This document shows, in pieces, positions 27,546 through 40,163 of a stretch of DNA of 64,000 bases. The position numbers and the translations under genes are program-made. The notes beneath the pieces are model-generated. The model worked only from the letters and a program-made list of their open reading frames with translations. It had not been told where the DNA came from and made no database searches. The DNA comes from Octopus vulgaris (Eukaryota). Every line of letters begins with the position of its first letter. Positions within the stretch are counted from its first letter, which is position 1. The stretch lies in NCBI GenBank assembly GCA_951406725.2, contig OX597823.1, positions 54,932,001 to 54,996,000 on the forward strand, in the 5' to 3' direction.

Positions 27546-27608
<63 letters not shown>

Positions 27609-29444
27609 ATTTGTGTGCATATTCAAAGGCATACTTTCATTTTATTCAAATGAAGCATGGAAGAAATAAGTAACCTTCACTGCAACAGCTTTTAAGAGTG
27701 GCAACAGGCCAAAGAGGGGCAACTGGTATTGGTGGGCTTCTAGCCAACAGCCATAAAGCAGGGCAAACATTTGGAATGACGTTTTATGGCCTGGAAACAC
27801 ACCAAGTGAGATTGCCAGAGTGGCTTTAGGGATCTGCAGATCCCTTCAGCCACTTTGGCAATCTTTTTTTATTTTCATACAACTCACTTGTCTTGATTTT
27901 ATCTAACCACTGGGGACATTATGTGAGAACAAGGAGAGAGAGAGGGTTTGATGTGCATGCAAAAAAAGAAAAATAAGAACTCCCCCCTCACTACCTCCAC
28001 CACCGACTTCTGTTAGTCTGGCATCTGTGTCTTGCAAATAAGACCACATGACACATATTTGAAAGACCCCCCCCCCAACTAAGAGGTCAAATAGCTTTGT
28101 TGTGGCAGTTTGGGTATTCTGCACAACTACGACAAAAAACTGCTTCTTTCTAGATGCATGAAAGGTGTAGTATAGATGGGATTAATTGGGGGTTTTTTGC
28201 TGCTCCATGTGACTATATCTCTTGCTGAAGTGCTACATAGTCAATCATGGTTCATGGCCATCATTGTTTACTGATGGTAGAAATTTCTAGGAGCCACAGA
28301 CAGCAGATCTTTCATTGTAATGGGGAACAGGGCATTGCACCTTTGTGGGATATATGCCTGTAGCTTCAAGCATATAGAAATTGGAGTATAAACAGGATCG
28401 GTGATGATTCTCTGGTCCCCTGAATGGTCATAACCCTGTTCAGGTGCCATATAATCAAAATGATTGTCTTCATTGATTACCAATGGACAAACATGTTAAC
28501 TTTAAACATCTTTTTCTCTTTTCTTCCTCTCTTTCTTCTTCTCTTTCTTCTTTTATTTACCTTCATTTATTACCTTCATTCAACTTGTTTCAGTCTTTGG
28601 ACTGTGACCATGCTGGGGCACCACTTTGAAGGGTTCTGTTAACCCTAGTACTTATTTTCTAAGTCTGGTACATATTCCACCATTACTTTTTCCAAACTAT
28701 CAAGTTATACAAACCAGCATTGGTTTTGGTTGTCAAGCAGTGGGGAGGTGGTAAAACACAAATACAAACACACACACAAATTAACATCAGAGTGCATCAT
28801 CATCATCATTAACATCATCGTCATCATTTAATAGACCCCTTCCAGCTGGCTAATTGCTTGTGTGTGTATGTGTATGTGTGTGTGTGTGAGAGAGAGACAG
28901 ACAGACAGACAGAAAGAAATAGAGTGCATGTGTTATGTTTTCTCTTTTATTTGTTTATTTGTTTACCTCAATGGACTGCAGCCATGCTGGAGCATTGCCT
29001 TGAAGGCTTTGGCCAAACAAATCAATTCCAGTTGTCAAGCAGTGTGTGAGGTGGGGGTGGGGATGAACACAAGCACAAAGGCACATGCACACACACACAC
29101 ACACGCAGACATGTATGTATACATACCATATATATATAGACATACATACATATGCATACACACACATGTATGTATGCATATATTCTTAAACAAGAATGTT
29201 GCCGACATTGACTTTGAAGTTACAGCTGGGTAAGCCATCATCAGACAGTCTGACAATGGCTTAGCAGGCTGATACTTCAAAGTCACTCTCAATAATATTC
29301 ATGTTTAAGAACAATAAATTTGTACTCTACAAAAGCATAGAATAACACATCAGATTAATGTGAAGTTGTTTTCATCATAGCTGAACATAAAAACAAACTT
29401 TAACATACATACATACATATATACATACATACATATATACATAA

Positions 29445-29496
<52 letters not shown>

Positions 29497-29621
29497 ATAT
29501 ATTAATCATAGTGTACAGTATTATATATCTTACCAATCACTTTTGCACTAGGGATTCACTGGGGTGTTAGGTAACAGTCCAATTATTTAACCCTGCACTC
29601 TTCAGAGGTAGCCATTATGGA

Positions 29622-29652
<31 letters not shown>

Positions 29653-29665
<13 letters not shown>

Positions 29666-29833
29666 TTAGAGACAAAACCACTATTTTGCAAATCAAACAA
29701 GGAAAGACTTAATCAATACATAAAAAAATTTTAATATATATGTACTTTATATTAAATTTTTTTAATGTATTGATTAAGTCTTTCCTTGTTTGATTTGCAA
29801 AATAGTGGTTTTGTCTCTAATTAATATTATATA
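29653..29833. repeat. Perfect 69-bp inverted repeat of the Penelope-like pLTR fragment
   Basis: Arms 29653-29721 and 29765-29833 are exact reverse complements. Confidence 0.92.
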
Positions 29834-29913
29834 ATATTTTACTATAAAATTGGATTCAATCCTAAATCTGATTTTTCCCTGTAAATTTGGATTTATTCCC
29901 TAATATTTATTAT

Positions 29914-29962
<49 letters not shown>

Positions 29963-29964
29963 TA

Positions 29965-30544
29965 CAGGTTGTGGTGAATGAATTGTTGTTTAAATTACGC
30001 AAAAATGAAAATAACACTGACATCTCATTTTAACAGATATATTTAACAAAACTACATAAAAATATCTTGAAATACTAAAGAGTAAATTTATTCAATAAAA
30101 TCGCCATTGTCTTCAGCCACGGCCTCCAGACAATTTTGGAATTTCCTGCAACTCTACTTGATGTAGGCCTCTGTGTTGTTTGAGGTTGAGTGGAAAGATG
30201 AATGGAAACATAACGTCGCCATCACTAATGATCACTCCAAACACCATGATGTTGGCTGGATGTTTGATTTTTATCACTCTCAGTACAAGTCCTCAGATTG
30301 CACTGTCATCGATTGACACACAAACACTCTGAAATGTTCATATTGGAGGTTCCAGTGCAAGTGTCAAACAGTACAGCATGTTTCCAAATTTCTGGCAGAG
30401 TGAATTGTATCATGGTGCTGTTTTTCTCACAGACGGTGCCCAAATGACACTACTATACTGTGTAGTGGACAAAATCAAAACAAACAACGTGGATGAGCAA
30501 AATAAAAAAATATAAAATGGCAACAATTTACCTATCACCCCCTC
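29965..30544 (-). mobile_element. Internally deleted DD37D (maT-like) element
   Basis: Both imperfect termini are present (ta|caggttgtggtgaatgaattg ... caatttacctatcaccccctc|ta). Collinear with 49899-50783 but lacks most of the catalytic region. Confidence 0.85.
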
Positions 30545-30741
30545 TATATATTATATATATATATATATATAATATATGTGACGGGCTTCTTTCAGTTTCC
30601 GTCTACTAAATCCACTCACAAGGCTTTGGTTGGCCCGAGGCTATAGTAGAAGACACTTGGCTAAGGTGCCACACAGTGGGACTGAACCTGGAACCATGTG
30701 GTTGGTAAGCAAGCTACTTACCACACAGCTACTCCTGTGCC

Positions 30742-30828
<87 letters not shown>

Positions 30829-30861
30829 ATGAATATAAATATGGAGATATATATGTGTGTG

Positions 30862-30896
<35 letters not shown>

Positions 30897-31396
30897 TATG
30901 AAGGGCTTCCAGAGAATTTCCTTGTACCAAATTCACTCATGGGGCATTCATCAATCTGGCGCCATAGCAGAAGACACTTGCCCAAGACGCCACACAATGG
31001 AACTGAACCTGAGACCACATAGTTCCTAAGGAAGCTCCTAAACCACAAAGCCATACAAAAATAAAACTGAGACAGACCACCATACAAACAGATGAAGTAA
31101 TCTTTAAATAGTCTTATTCTCTTAAACTACCCACTATAGTGTCTATACCGAAAATTTCGAGCTTTTTTCAGCAAGCCCAGACAATTTAGCCCAGAAGCAG
31201 GTATCACAGTTACCTGCAACGTATAGCAGACATAAAAACACAAGCAGTATATCAGTGTGTATAACTGTCTGCCAACTTAGAAATCTATCTACCTATCTAT
31301 ACAACCAATCATATCCACTCAACATCCTTCCTATGTACCTTTCTATCTACTTACTTACATAGCTACCTACCTACCTACTTACTTATCTATCTGTCT

Positions 31397-31620
31397 CGAG
31401 CTGGCAGAACTGTTAGCATGCTGGGCGAAATGCGTAGCCCTATTTCGTCTGCCATTACGTTCTCAGTTCAAATTCCACCGAGGTCGACTTTGCCTTTCAT
31501 CCTTTTGGGGTCGATAAATTAAGTACCAGTTACGCACTGAGGTCGATGTAATTGACTTAATCCGTTTGTCTGTCCTTGTTTTTCCCCTCTGTGTTTAGTC
31601 CCTTGTGGGTAATAAAGAAA
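31397..31620 (+). mobile_element. SINE family B
   Basis: Collinear with 46936-47168, inserted in (TATC)n. Confidence 0.85.
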
Positions 31621-32127
31621 CATATCTATCTATCTATTTGTCTGTCTGTCTGTTTGTCTGTCTGTCTATCTATCTGTCTATCTACCTATCTACCTATCTA
31701 CTTACTTATCTAGCTATCTGTCTGTCTGTCTCTATCTATCTATCTATCTATCTATCTCCCTGTCTGTCTATCTATTTTTCTATCTGTGTGTATGCGTGTG
31801 TACCTGTGTATGTGTGTGTGTACATGTGTATGCATGTGTGTGTATGCATGTATGTATGTGTGTGTATCTGTGTATGTATGTGGTGTGTGTTATATTCACA
31901 TTTCGATCATATGATATATTAACAGACTCATATATATATAAATGTATGCACACATTTATACATTTAAATTTACACACAGATGCACACACACCTCTATGTT
32001 TATGCATCTGCATCTCAATGCACATGCATATTTGTGCCTCTATGAGTGTATACAAGTATGTGCTTATACATACACACATACAAAAATTCATACATACAAA
32101 CATACAAACATACATAATACAAATAAT

Positions 32128-32533
32128 AGGCGCAGGAGTGGCTGTGTGGTAAGTAGCTTGCTAACCAACCACATGGTTCCGAGTTCAGACCCACTGCGTG
32201 GCATCTTGGGCAAGTGTCTTCTGCTATAGCCCCGGGCCGACCAATGCCTTGTGAGTGGATTTGGTAGACGGAAACTGAAAGAAGCCTGTCATATATATGT
32301 ATATATATATATGTGTGTGTGTGTTTGTGTGTCTGTGTTTGTCCCCCTAACATTGCTTGACAACCGATGCTGGTGTGTTTACGTCCCCGTCACTTAGCAG
32401 TTCGGCAAAAGAGACCGATAGAATAAGTACTGGGCTAACAAAGAATAAGTTCCGGGGTCGATTTGCTCGACTAAAGGCGGTGCTCCAGCATGGCCGCAGT
32501 CAAATGACTGAAACAACTAAAAGAGTAAAAGAG
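32128..32533 (+). mobile_element. SINE family A, full length
   Basis: Near-identical to 20419-20830. Confidence 0.9.
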
Positions 32534-33067
32534 AGATATACATACATACATACGTACGTACATACATACATACATACATGCATACATACATACATACATA
32601 CATACATACATACATACATACATACATACATACATACATTAATACATACAAAACTATTGAAAAGGCTGCATGATACAATGAAAATTTTAGAAAAATAAAA
32701 AAGAAATGAGCAGAAATTTTACCAGTGTGTGTGTTAAATTATAAGGCACTAAAAGAGAATGACTCTCCCCAGACATGGCAGAATACATACATACATACAT
32801 ACATACATACATACATACATACATACATACATACATACATACATGCATACATACTGTAAAAATCTGTAAAACTTTCAAAAGTTTATCATTTAAGTATATA
32901 TGAGCATGTCTAAACATGAAATTATATGCATGAGGATACATACATAAAACAAAACATACAAATCTGCACACATACATACATACATACATATATATACACT
33001 CACACACACAGTCACACACACACATATATTAATAATAATAATATGGCAACAAAAGATTTCTTTGTCT

Positions 33068-33124
33068 TAACTGACGAGATGCCAAAGCCGACTTCCGCCT
33101 CAACATCTGAAACTCTGAGTTTTA
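33068..33124 (+). ncRNA. Variant/decayed type I hammerhead motif
   Basis: uaa CUGACGA gaug[22 nt]cauc u GAAAC ucuga GUU uua. It has one extra U before GAAA and a short helix I. Confidence 0.55.
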
Positions 33125-33404
33125 CTATGGCAACCAACTAATTTGCCATATATTATATATATGTGTGTATGTGTGTGTATATGTGTATGCATGTGTGTGT
33201 ATGCATGTATGCATGTATGTGTGTATGTACGTATGTATGTATGTGGTGTGTATTCACTTTTCGAACATATGATATATTAACATATTCGTATGTATATAAA
33301 AGTATGCACACTCATTTATACATTTAAATTTACACACAGAGGCACGCACACCTGTATGATTATGCATGTATATACATTTATAAGTATGTGTGTCTGTAAT
33401 ATTA

Positions 33405-33636
33405 TATTTCTTTACTACCCACAAGGAGCTAAACACAGAGGGGACAAACAAGGACAGACAAAGGGATTAAGTCGATTACATCGACCCCAGTGTGTAACTG
33501 GTACTTAATTTATCGACCCCGAAAGGATGAAAGGCAAAGTCGACCTTGGCGGAATTTGAACTTGGAACGTAACGACAGACGAAATACAGCTACGCATTTC
33601 GCCCCGCGTGCTAACGTTTCTGCCAGCTCGCCGCCT
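33405..33636 (-). mobile_element. SINE family B (Nin/Deu-like central domain) with 16-bp TSD
   Basis: Head aggcggcgagctggcagaaacg, central ctttgcctttcatcctttcggggtcgataaattaagtaccag. Perfect TSD tgtgtctgtaatatta at 33389-33404 and 33637-33652. Confidence 0.9.
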
Positions 33637-33754
33637 TGTGTCTGTAATATTAATGCATTATTGAATGCAAATACACAGAAACACCTGCAATTATTAAAAA
33701 ACTACATATATTAACATACATGTGTGCCTATGTATGTCCACATTGTGTGTGTGT

Positions 33755-34822
33755 TTCTGCATAGGGAAACATGGACAGTGACTGCTGAGGACGTGTGTAG
33801 GCTTGAAAGAAATGAAGCTAGTATGCTCTGCTGGATATGTAATGTCAATGTGCATGCACTACAGAGTGTAAGCTTCCTGAGAGAAAAGTTGGATATAAGA
33901 ACCATCAGATGCTGTGTGCAAGAGAGATGACTGTGTATGGATGGTGGAGGAAACCTGTGGAAGAGGTAGACCCAGGAAGACATTGGATGAGGTGGTAAAG
34001 CATGATCTTCGAATGATGGGCCTCACAGAGGCAATGACAAATGACCAAGACCTTTGGAAATATGCCGTGCTTGAGAAGGCCCATCAAGTCAAGTGAGATC
34101 GCAGTTGTGGCCGATGCCAGTGTCATTTAACTGACCCGTTAAAAGCACCTGTGTCAGTGACATATAAAATGCACCATTCAAGCATTGGGTCACATGCAGC
34201 AATGTCAGGTGGCCAAGACCCTTGGCGATATACCTTGCTTGTACTGACCTGTCAAACTAAGTGAGACCGTAGTCATGGCTGATGCTGGTATCAGGTCAAT
34301 GGCTCCCATGCTGGTGGCACATAAAAAGCACTCACTACACTCTTGGCGTAGTTGGTGTTAGGAAGGGCATCCAGCCGTAAGTAGTTGGTTGTTCCTTCTC
34401 GAGCCATTCCTGGCTCATTAGGGCCGGTTTCCTGGTTTCCTTGGCATATAGGTTCCCCACCTGGATGGGACACCAGTCCATCGCAGGTGAGCTGCAAGAT
34501 GCAGGAGGAAACAGTAAGAGAAAGTTGTGGCGAAAGAGTCAGCAGAAGTTCGCCATTACCTTCTGCCGGAGCCGCGTGGAGCTTAGGTGTTTCACTCATA
34601 AACACACATATTGCCCAGTCTGAGATTTGAACATGCAATCCCTCAACCGCGAGTCTGCTACTCTAACCACTTGGCTATGTGCCTCCACACATCCAGTCAT
34701 AGAAACCATGCCAAATCAGATTGGAACCTGGTGCAGCCCCCGGCTTACCAGTTTTCAGTCAAACCGTCCACCCCATGCCAGCATGGAAAGCGGATGTCAA
34801 ACAATGATGATCATGATGATGA
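33755..34822 (+). mobile_element. RTE-clade LINE 3' end (ORF tail plus 3' UTR) with nested SINE
   Basis: ETWTVTAEDVCRLERNEASML... and CGRGRPRKTLDEVVKHDL.... Followed by the ggcacgtaaaaagcacc-type UTR and a (GAT)n tail. A SINE is inserted at about 34380-34690 with TSD-like catccagccgta/catccagtcata. Confidence 0.88.
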
Positions 34823-35795
34823 TTCATATGTATATATAAGATTGTGTATCTATGTGCATATCTATGTGTTTATTTGATTGCATATTTGTGTGCATGCATA
34901 TGTGTATATGATAATGTGCATTGCTGTAGGCAATGTAAATATGTAATTCTGTGTATGTGTGTGTAATGAATGTGGGTGTATAATTCTATGCACGCATGTG
35001 TCTAACAACATATATTTATTTTCAGGTATTTCTACAAGCTTCAGTGTTCCATAACGAATTGTTGCAGGTGTTTTGGGATAATTTCCAGCTCTGTTTTTTA
35101 TGTATTCCCTTAAGCATACCTAAATATACACATATGCGCATGTGCAAGCACACACACATATGCATGCATGCACACACATGTAATGCATACATGTGAAGAG
35201 TGTACCCATACACATGCTTACACACACACACAGACACATACATATACATACACACCAGTATTTATGCCCACTATATATACACACACATATATACATACAC
35301 CCCCCCAAACATATATGAAATGCATGCATATGTGATGTGTGTACCCATACACACATGATTACACATACATACACATACATGCACGTATTTAGCTCCCTCA
35401 TACACACACAGAATGCATACATGTGTGATGTGTGTACTCATACACACATGCATACATAGATACCAATAATTATCCATCTACACACACACACACACATGCA
35501 CACACATACACACACATATACACACACAACATGCATACAGGCAATCACTATCAACACCATGGCCACTACTGTATTTCCTACCACAACCGCCGCCACCAAT
35601 ACCGCTGCCGCTGCCACCAACACCACCACCACCACCATCACTACTATCCTCACCATCATGACAAGCCCACCATCATCATCTCTATGGTTACCATTACCAA
35701 CACCACAACAACCAACAGCAGCATCTCATTCATCCTCACCACCACTACTCACCACTCATCACTACCGTCACCACTCTGATTACACATCACTACAC

Positions 35796-35994
35796 TGGTG
35801 GTTCTCAATTGCAGGTCCCAGGGATGCATGCAGCCCTCAAACAACCTTCTGGCAGCCCCCAAAGATCTTTTCTCTATAAATATAATAAATTGTTTTTTAA
35901 ATGACTTGTTTTATTTGCTTCGATGTGGCCTCCTGATAAAAGAAAATCCAGGTTTTGGATCAGGCCTGGATTTTAATAGGGTCACGAACCACTG
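35796..35994. mobile_element. hAT/Charlie-like MITE (decayed)
   Basis: Termini tggtggttctcaa ... cacgaaccactg followed by ttctagac (nTCTAGAn-type target). Confidence 0.55.
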
Positions 35995-38141
35995 TTCTAG
36001 ACAATCCGCTGATTGGCTAGAAATAGCCAAATCTCACTTAAATCATATTCTATCATCATTGTCATCATCGTTGTCATCGTCATCATCATCATCATCATTT
36101 AACATCTGTTTTCCATGCTGGCATGGTTGGACAGTTTGATAAAAGCTTACCAGCTGAAGGGCTGTTCAGGCTCCATGTCTGTTTTGGCATGGTTTCTTAT
36201 TTCTTTATTGCCCATAAGGGGCTAAACATAGAGGGGACAAACAAGAACAGACAAAGGGATTAAGTGTACTAGGGGGTCAATCTAATTGACTGCCCCCCCC
36301 CCCCACTCCCCCAAAATTTCTGACCTTGTGCCAAGAGTACAAAAGAATAATCCTTCCTTCTATAGGCACAAGGCCTGAAATTTGTGGGAAGGGAATAAAT
36401 TGATTACATCAACCCTAGTGTTTCACTGGTACTTAATTTATCGACCCTGATAGAATTTGAACTCAGAATGTAGCGACAGGCAAAATATTGCTAAGTATTT
36501 ACTACAGCGTTCTAACAGTTTTGCCAGCTCGCTGCCTAATAATGATAATAAACCAACAAAGAGTGTGAGTGCAAGGAAAACATCTGGAAATCTCTGTACT
36601 GCATTTGTTTATGCTAGAGGGAGTTTACAGGGAGGCACCTGTTTGTGTGATATGCTTCACTTGGTACTGAATCATCCATCAGTTGGATGGTTTACTTTCC
36701 TTTTTTTTTTTTACAATAGTTTTAGTTTTGTTTTTTTGATGTTTGTTTTTGTAGCACATTATTGCATTTTTGTTATTTTATTTTTAGGGACTGGAGAAGA
36801 TATAGGCAATAGACATGGAGAAAAGAGAGAAGGAAAGAATATGAGGAGGAGGAGGAAGAAGAAGAAAAAGAAGAACAACAACAACACAACAACAATATAG
36901 CAACGACAACAACAGCAAAAAGATGACAAAGAAAAGAAGGTAGATGAAGTACTCTTTTAGCAATCACATGATGAAAAAAAAAAACAGTTTGTCAAATACT
37001 TTCATCAAATCTCTCTGTGGAGGTGCGTGGCTTAATGGTTAGGGTGTTGGACTCATGATTGTAAGATTGTGGTTCTGACTCCTGGTTCAAACACCTCATT
37101 TCATATTGCTCTAGTCCACTCAGATGGCAAAAGTGAGTTATCCTGTGATGGACTAGCTTCTTGTCCAGGTGGGGAATATATATGCCATGAAATTGGGAAA
37201 AAAAATGAAAAGTAAGGAAATAAAAGCAGTGATCTATGATAATTTCATTCGCTAAACTGGACATGTTTAGCTACATTTAAATAGACATAGAATTATGTGT
37301 CTACATACGAAGAGAAGAAGAAAAATGTGGTCCTCTGTTGATTTTGATGGCAAAGATTCTAGTTGATCTGATCAACAGAACAGCCAGCTTGGGAAATTAA
37401 TGTGCAAGTGGCTGATTACTCCACAGATACGTGTAATCTTAATGCAGTTCTCAGGGAGATTCGGCATGACACAGAATGTGACTAGGCTGGCCCTTTGAAA
37501 TACAGATGCAACTCATTTTTGCCTGGTGAGTGGACTGCAGCAAAATGAAATAAAATGTCTTGCTCAAGAGCACAACATGTGACCAAGAACTAAACACACG
37601 ATCATATGAAGAGAAGAAGAAAAAACAGTATATAATACTTAACTTTAACTAGATTTAAATCCTCATGAATATGCTTTATATTAAGATGGCTGAGAGAAAA
37701 GGATCGTTTTTCGTAAACAAAATGCATAATGCTAAACTTTAACAGGATGAGCTTTCACACTATGTTTTATTGTGAACAGTAAATAATTAATTCTACTTTG
37801 AAAAGCAAAAACTTAAATTATTTTGCTTAATGTAAATTGTTAAGAACCGCAGTAAATGATACAAAATATATCAAGTATATATGTGTTAGTGTGTGTGCAT
37901 GCATGTGTAAGTGTGTGTGTTGAAGAAATGTTTAGGAATTTACTAGAAATAATTTCTCTTAAATGCTTGGATGGCTCACTTGCAAGTAATTGGTAAATTT
38001 TGTTACCTAGGAGGTGTAATAACAAAAGAAGGTGGTGGTCCTGAAAGTATAGTTGTCAGAGTAAAAGTGGGCTGGAAGAAATTTTGGGAGCAACTACTCC
38101 TGCTGATTGTATGATATATGTTAGGCACATTGTATGATATA

Positions 38142-38527
38142 CTAGCAGTATCGCCCGGTGTTGCTCGGGTTTGTAAGGGAAATAACTATATAAGCATTAT
38201 TAGAGAGTTATAGTAAAAAAATAGCAAAAAAATGGAAAAAAAATGATGGTAAATTTTTTTTAGATCGTTGACTCATCGTAGACATTTTTAGAGAGTTACT
38301 TCCCTTGTATAATAGCGAAAAAAATGCATTAAAATGGAAAAAAATGATGGTAAATTTTTTTTTAATCTTAGACTCATCGTAGATGCATGCTAATACCCAG
38401 AAGGGCTCGATATGAATCACGACTATAAGATACCCAGTTTTGGTTAAACTGCACCGCAAAATCTGGGAGTAGTTAGGAATCTAAATTGTAGGAGACAGAC
38501 ACACAACCTTACTTTTATATATAAAGA
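38142..38527 (-). mobile_element. Non-autonomous Helitron
   Basis: Minus strand starts A|TCTTTATATAT and ends with a GC-rich hairpin (cccgagcaacaccggg) then CTAG|T. No TSD. Confidence 0.85.
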
Positions 38528-38749
38528 TGTGTTAAGAACTGCAATGCTGCATGGTAGTGAGACATGGGCCTTGTGAAGACTGTAAAGAAGTAAAGTGAAC
38601 ATGCCTCATTAGATGTGGAATTTGAATGTGCATGAAAGGCATAGTACAAAGATGCTGAATGAAAACCTGAACGTAAGAGGAATCAGATGTGGTGTGCAAG
38701 ACAGAAAGCTGTGCTGGTATGGACATGTAATGCATATGGATGAGTGAAA

Positions 38750-39148
38750 TCTTTATATATAAACGAGAGGTTGTGTGCTGTCTGTCTCCTACGATTTAGA
38801 TTCCTAACTACTCCCACATTTTGCGGTGCAGTTTAACCAAAACCGGGTATCTTATAGTTGTGATTCATATCGAGCCCTTCTGGGTATTAGCGCGCGTCTA
38901 CGATGAGTCTACTATTAAAAAAAAAATTTACCATCAATTTTTCCCATTTTTAATGCATTTTTGGCATATATAAGGGAAGTAACTTTCTAAAAATTTATTA
39001 TTAAATCTCAGAACGTAAAAAGCTACAGTAACACCCCCGCCGCTTTGTGGTTAGCCATATTGAGATGGCTATTATACTTTACATCTCTAAAAATGCTTAT
39101 ATAGTTATTTCCCTTACAAACCCGAGCAACGCCGGACGATAATGCTAG
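38750..39148 (+). mobile_element. Non-autonomous Helitron, same family, opposite orientation
   Basis: A|TCTTTATATAT ... cccgagcaacgccgga ... CTAG|T. Reverse-complement similar to 38142-38527. Confidence 0.85.
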
Positions 39149-39485
39149 TTGTATAATAAAGTGCTAATCATTAAATGTGCATGGAACTTTGAGACATCGT
39201 TGATGAAGCAAAACGTAGTACAAAGTGGTGAAAGCTGATCTCAGGATCTTGAACCCCATGGAAAAGATAACATAAAATTGAGAGGGCTGGTGATATGTGG
39301 TTCTCAAGAAGACCCACCCTAAGTTCATAAAACAGTTCTGGTAGTGCTGCATGTGAATGTGTGTGTGTGTGCGCACACAAGCGTGTGTGTGTATAAATAA
39401 CTGGGTCCTCTGCCCAATTTCATTCCTCATTAAGACACCCACCACCATGACCATCACTTCCCACCACCTTCCTCACTACACATAT

Positions 39486-39528
<43 letters not shown>

Positions 39529-39648
39529 CATCATCACCATCATCATCATTTAACATTCAATGGTAATGATAATGATGAGGATAATATATATTATATATAT
39601 ATATATCATCATCATCATCTTCATCATTTAACATGTTGATGATTATGA

Positions 39649-39688
<40 letters not shown>

Positions 39689-39807
39689 CATATATATATA
39701 CATACATATATGCATACTTATATACATACATATATATACATATGCGTTTGTGTGTGTATGTATATATATATATTTGTATATTTATATATATATATTCATA
39801 CATAGAA

Positions 39808-39839
<32 letters not shown>

Positions 39840-40125
39840 GTGCATGCACATGCATGTACACACACACACACAAGGCAATGATGATACCTTAATTTCACCG
39901 AAATGGTTAAATCTTTTTGACATTGCACCCTAATACCTTGGAAATTAAAGTCTTAGACATATGATGCTTGTAATAAAAGACAGGTTGGCTATCGATGGAA
40001 CATCTTTGATTACAGATCTGCTTGATTGGAGATGACCTGAGTCTGAACAACAACAACAACAACAACAACAACAACCAGCATACTACTATACAACTGGCCA
40101 TCAAAACTCTCAATCTGTACTACTG

Positions 40126-40163
<38 letters not shown>

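Larger units (their letters stand above)
38030..39320 (+). mobile_element. Decayed RTE-clade LINE 3' ORF fragment hosting both Helitrons
   Basis: Pieces translate to ESIVVRVKVGWKKF, RTAMLHGSETWA and WYGHVMHMDE, continuing across the Helitron insertions. Confidence 0.75.

Noticed and set aside
28268-28483. ORF containing DYMAPEQGYDHS, resembling a kinase APE motif
   Set aside because: No GT before the motif, no DxWS after it, no clear splice sites and no other kinase exons in the window. Likely chance.
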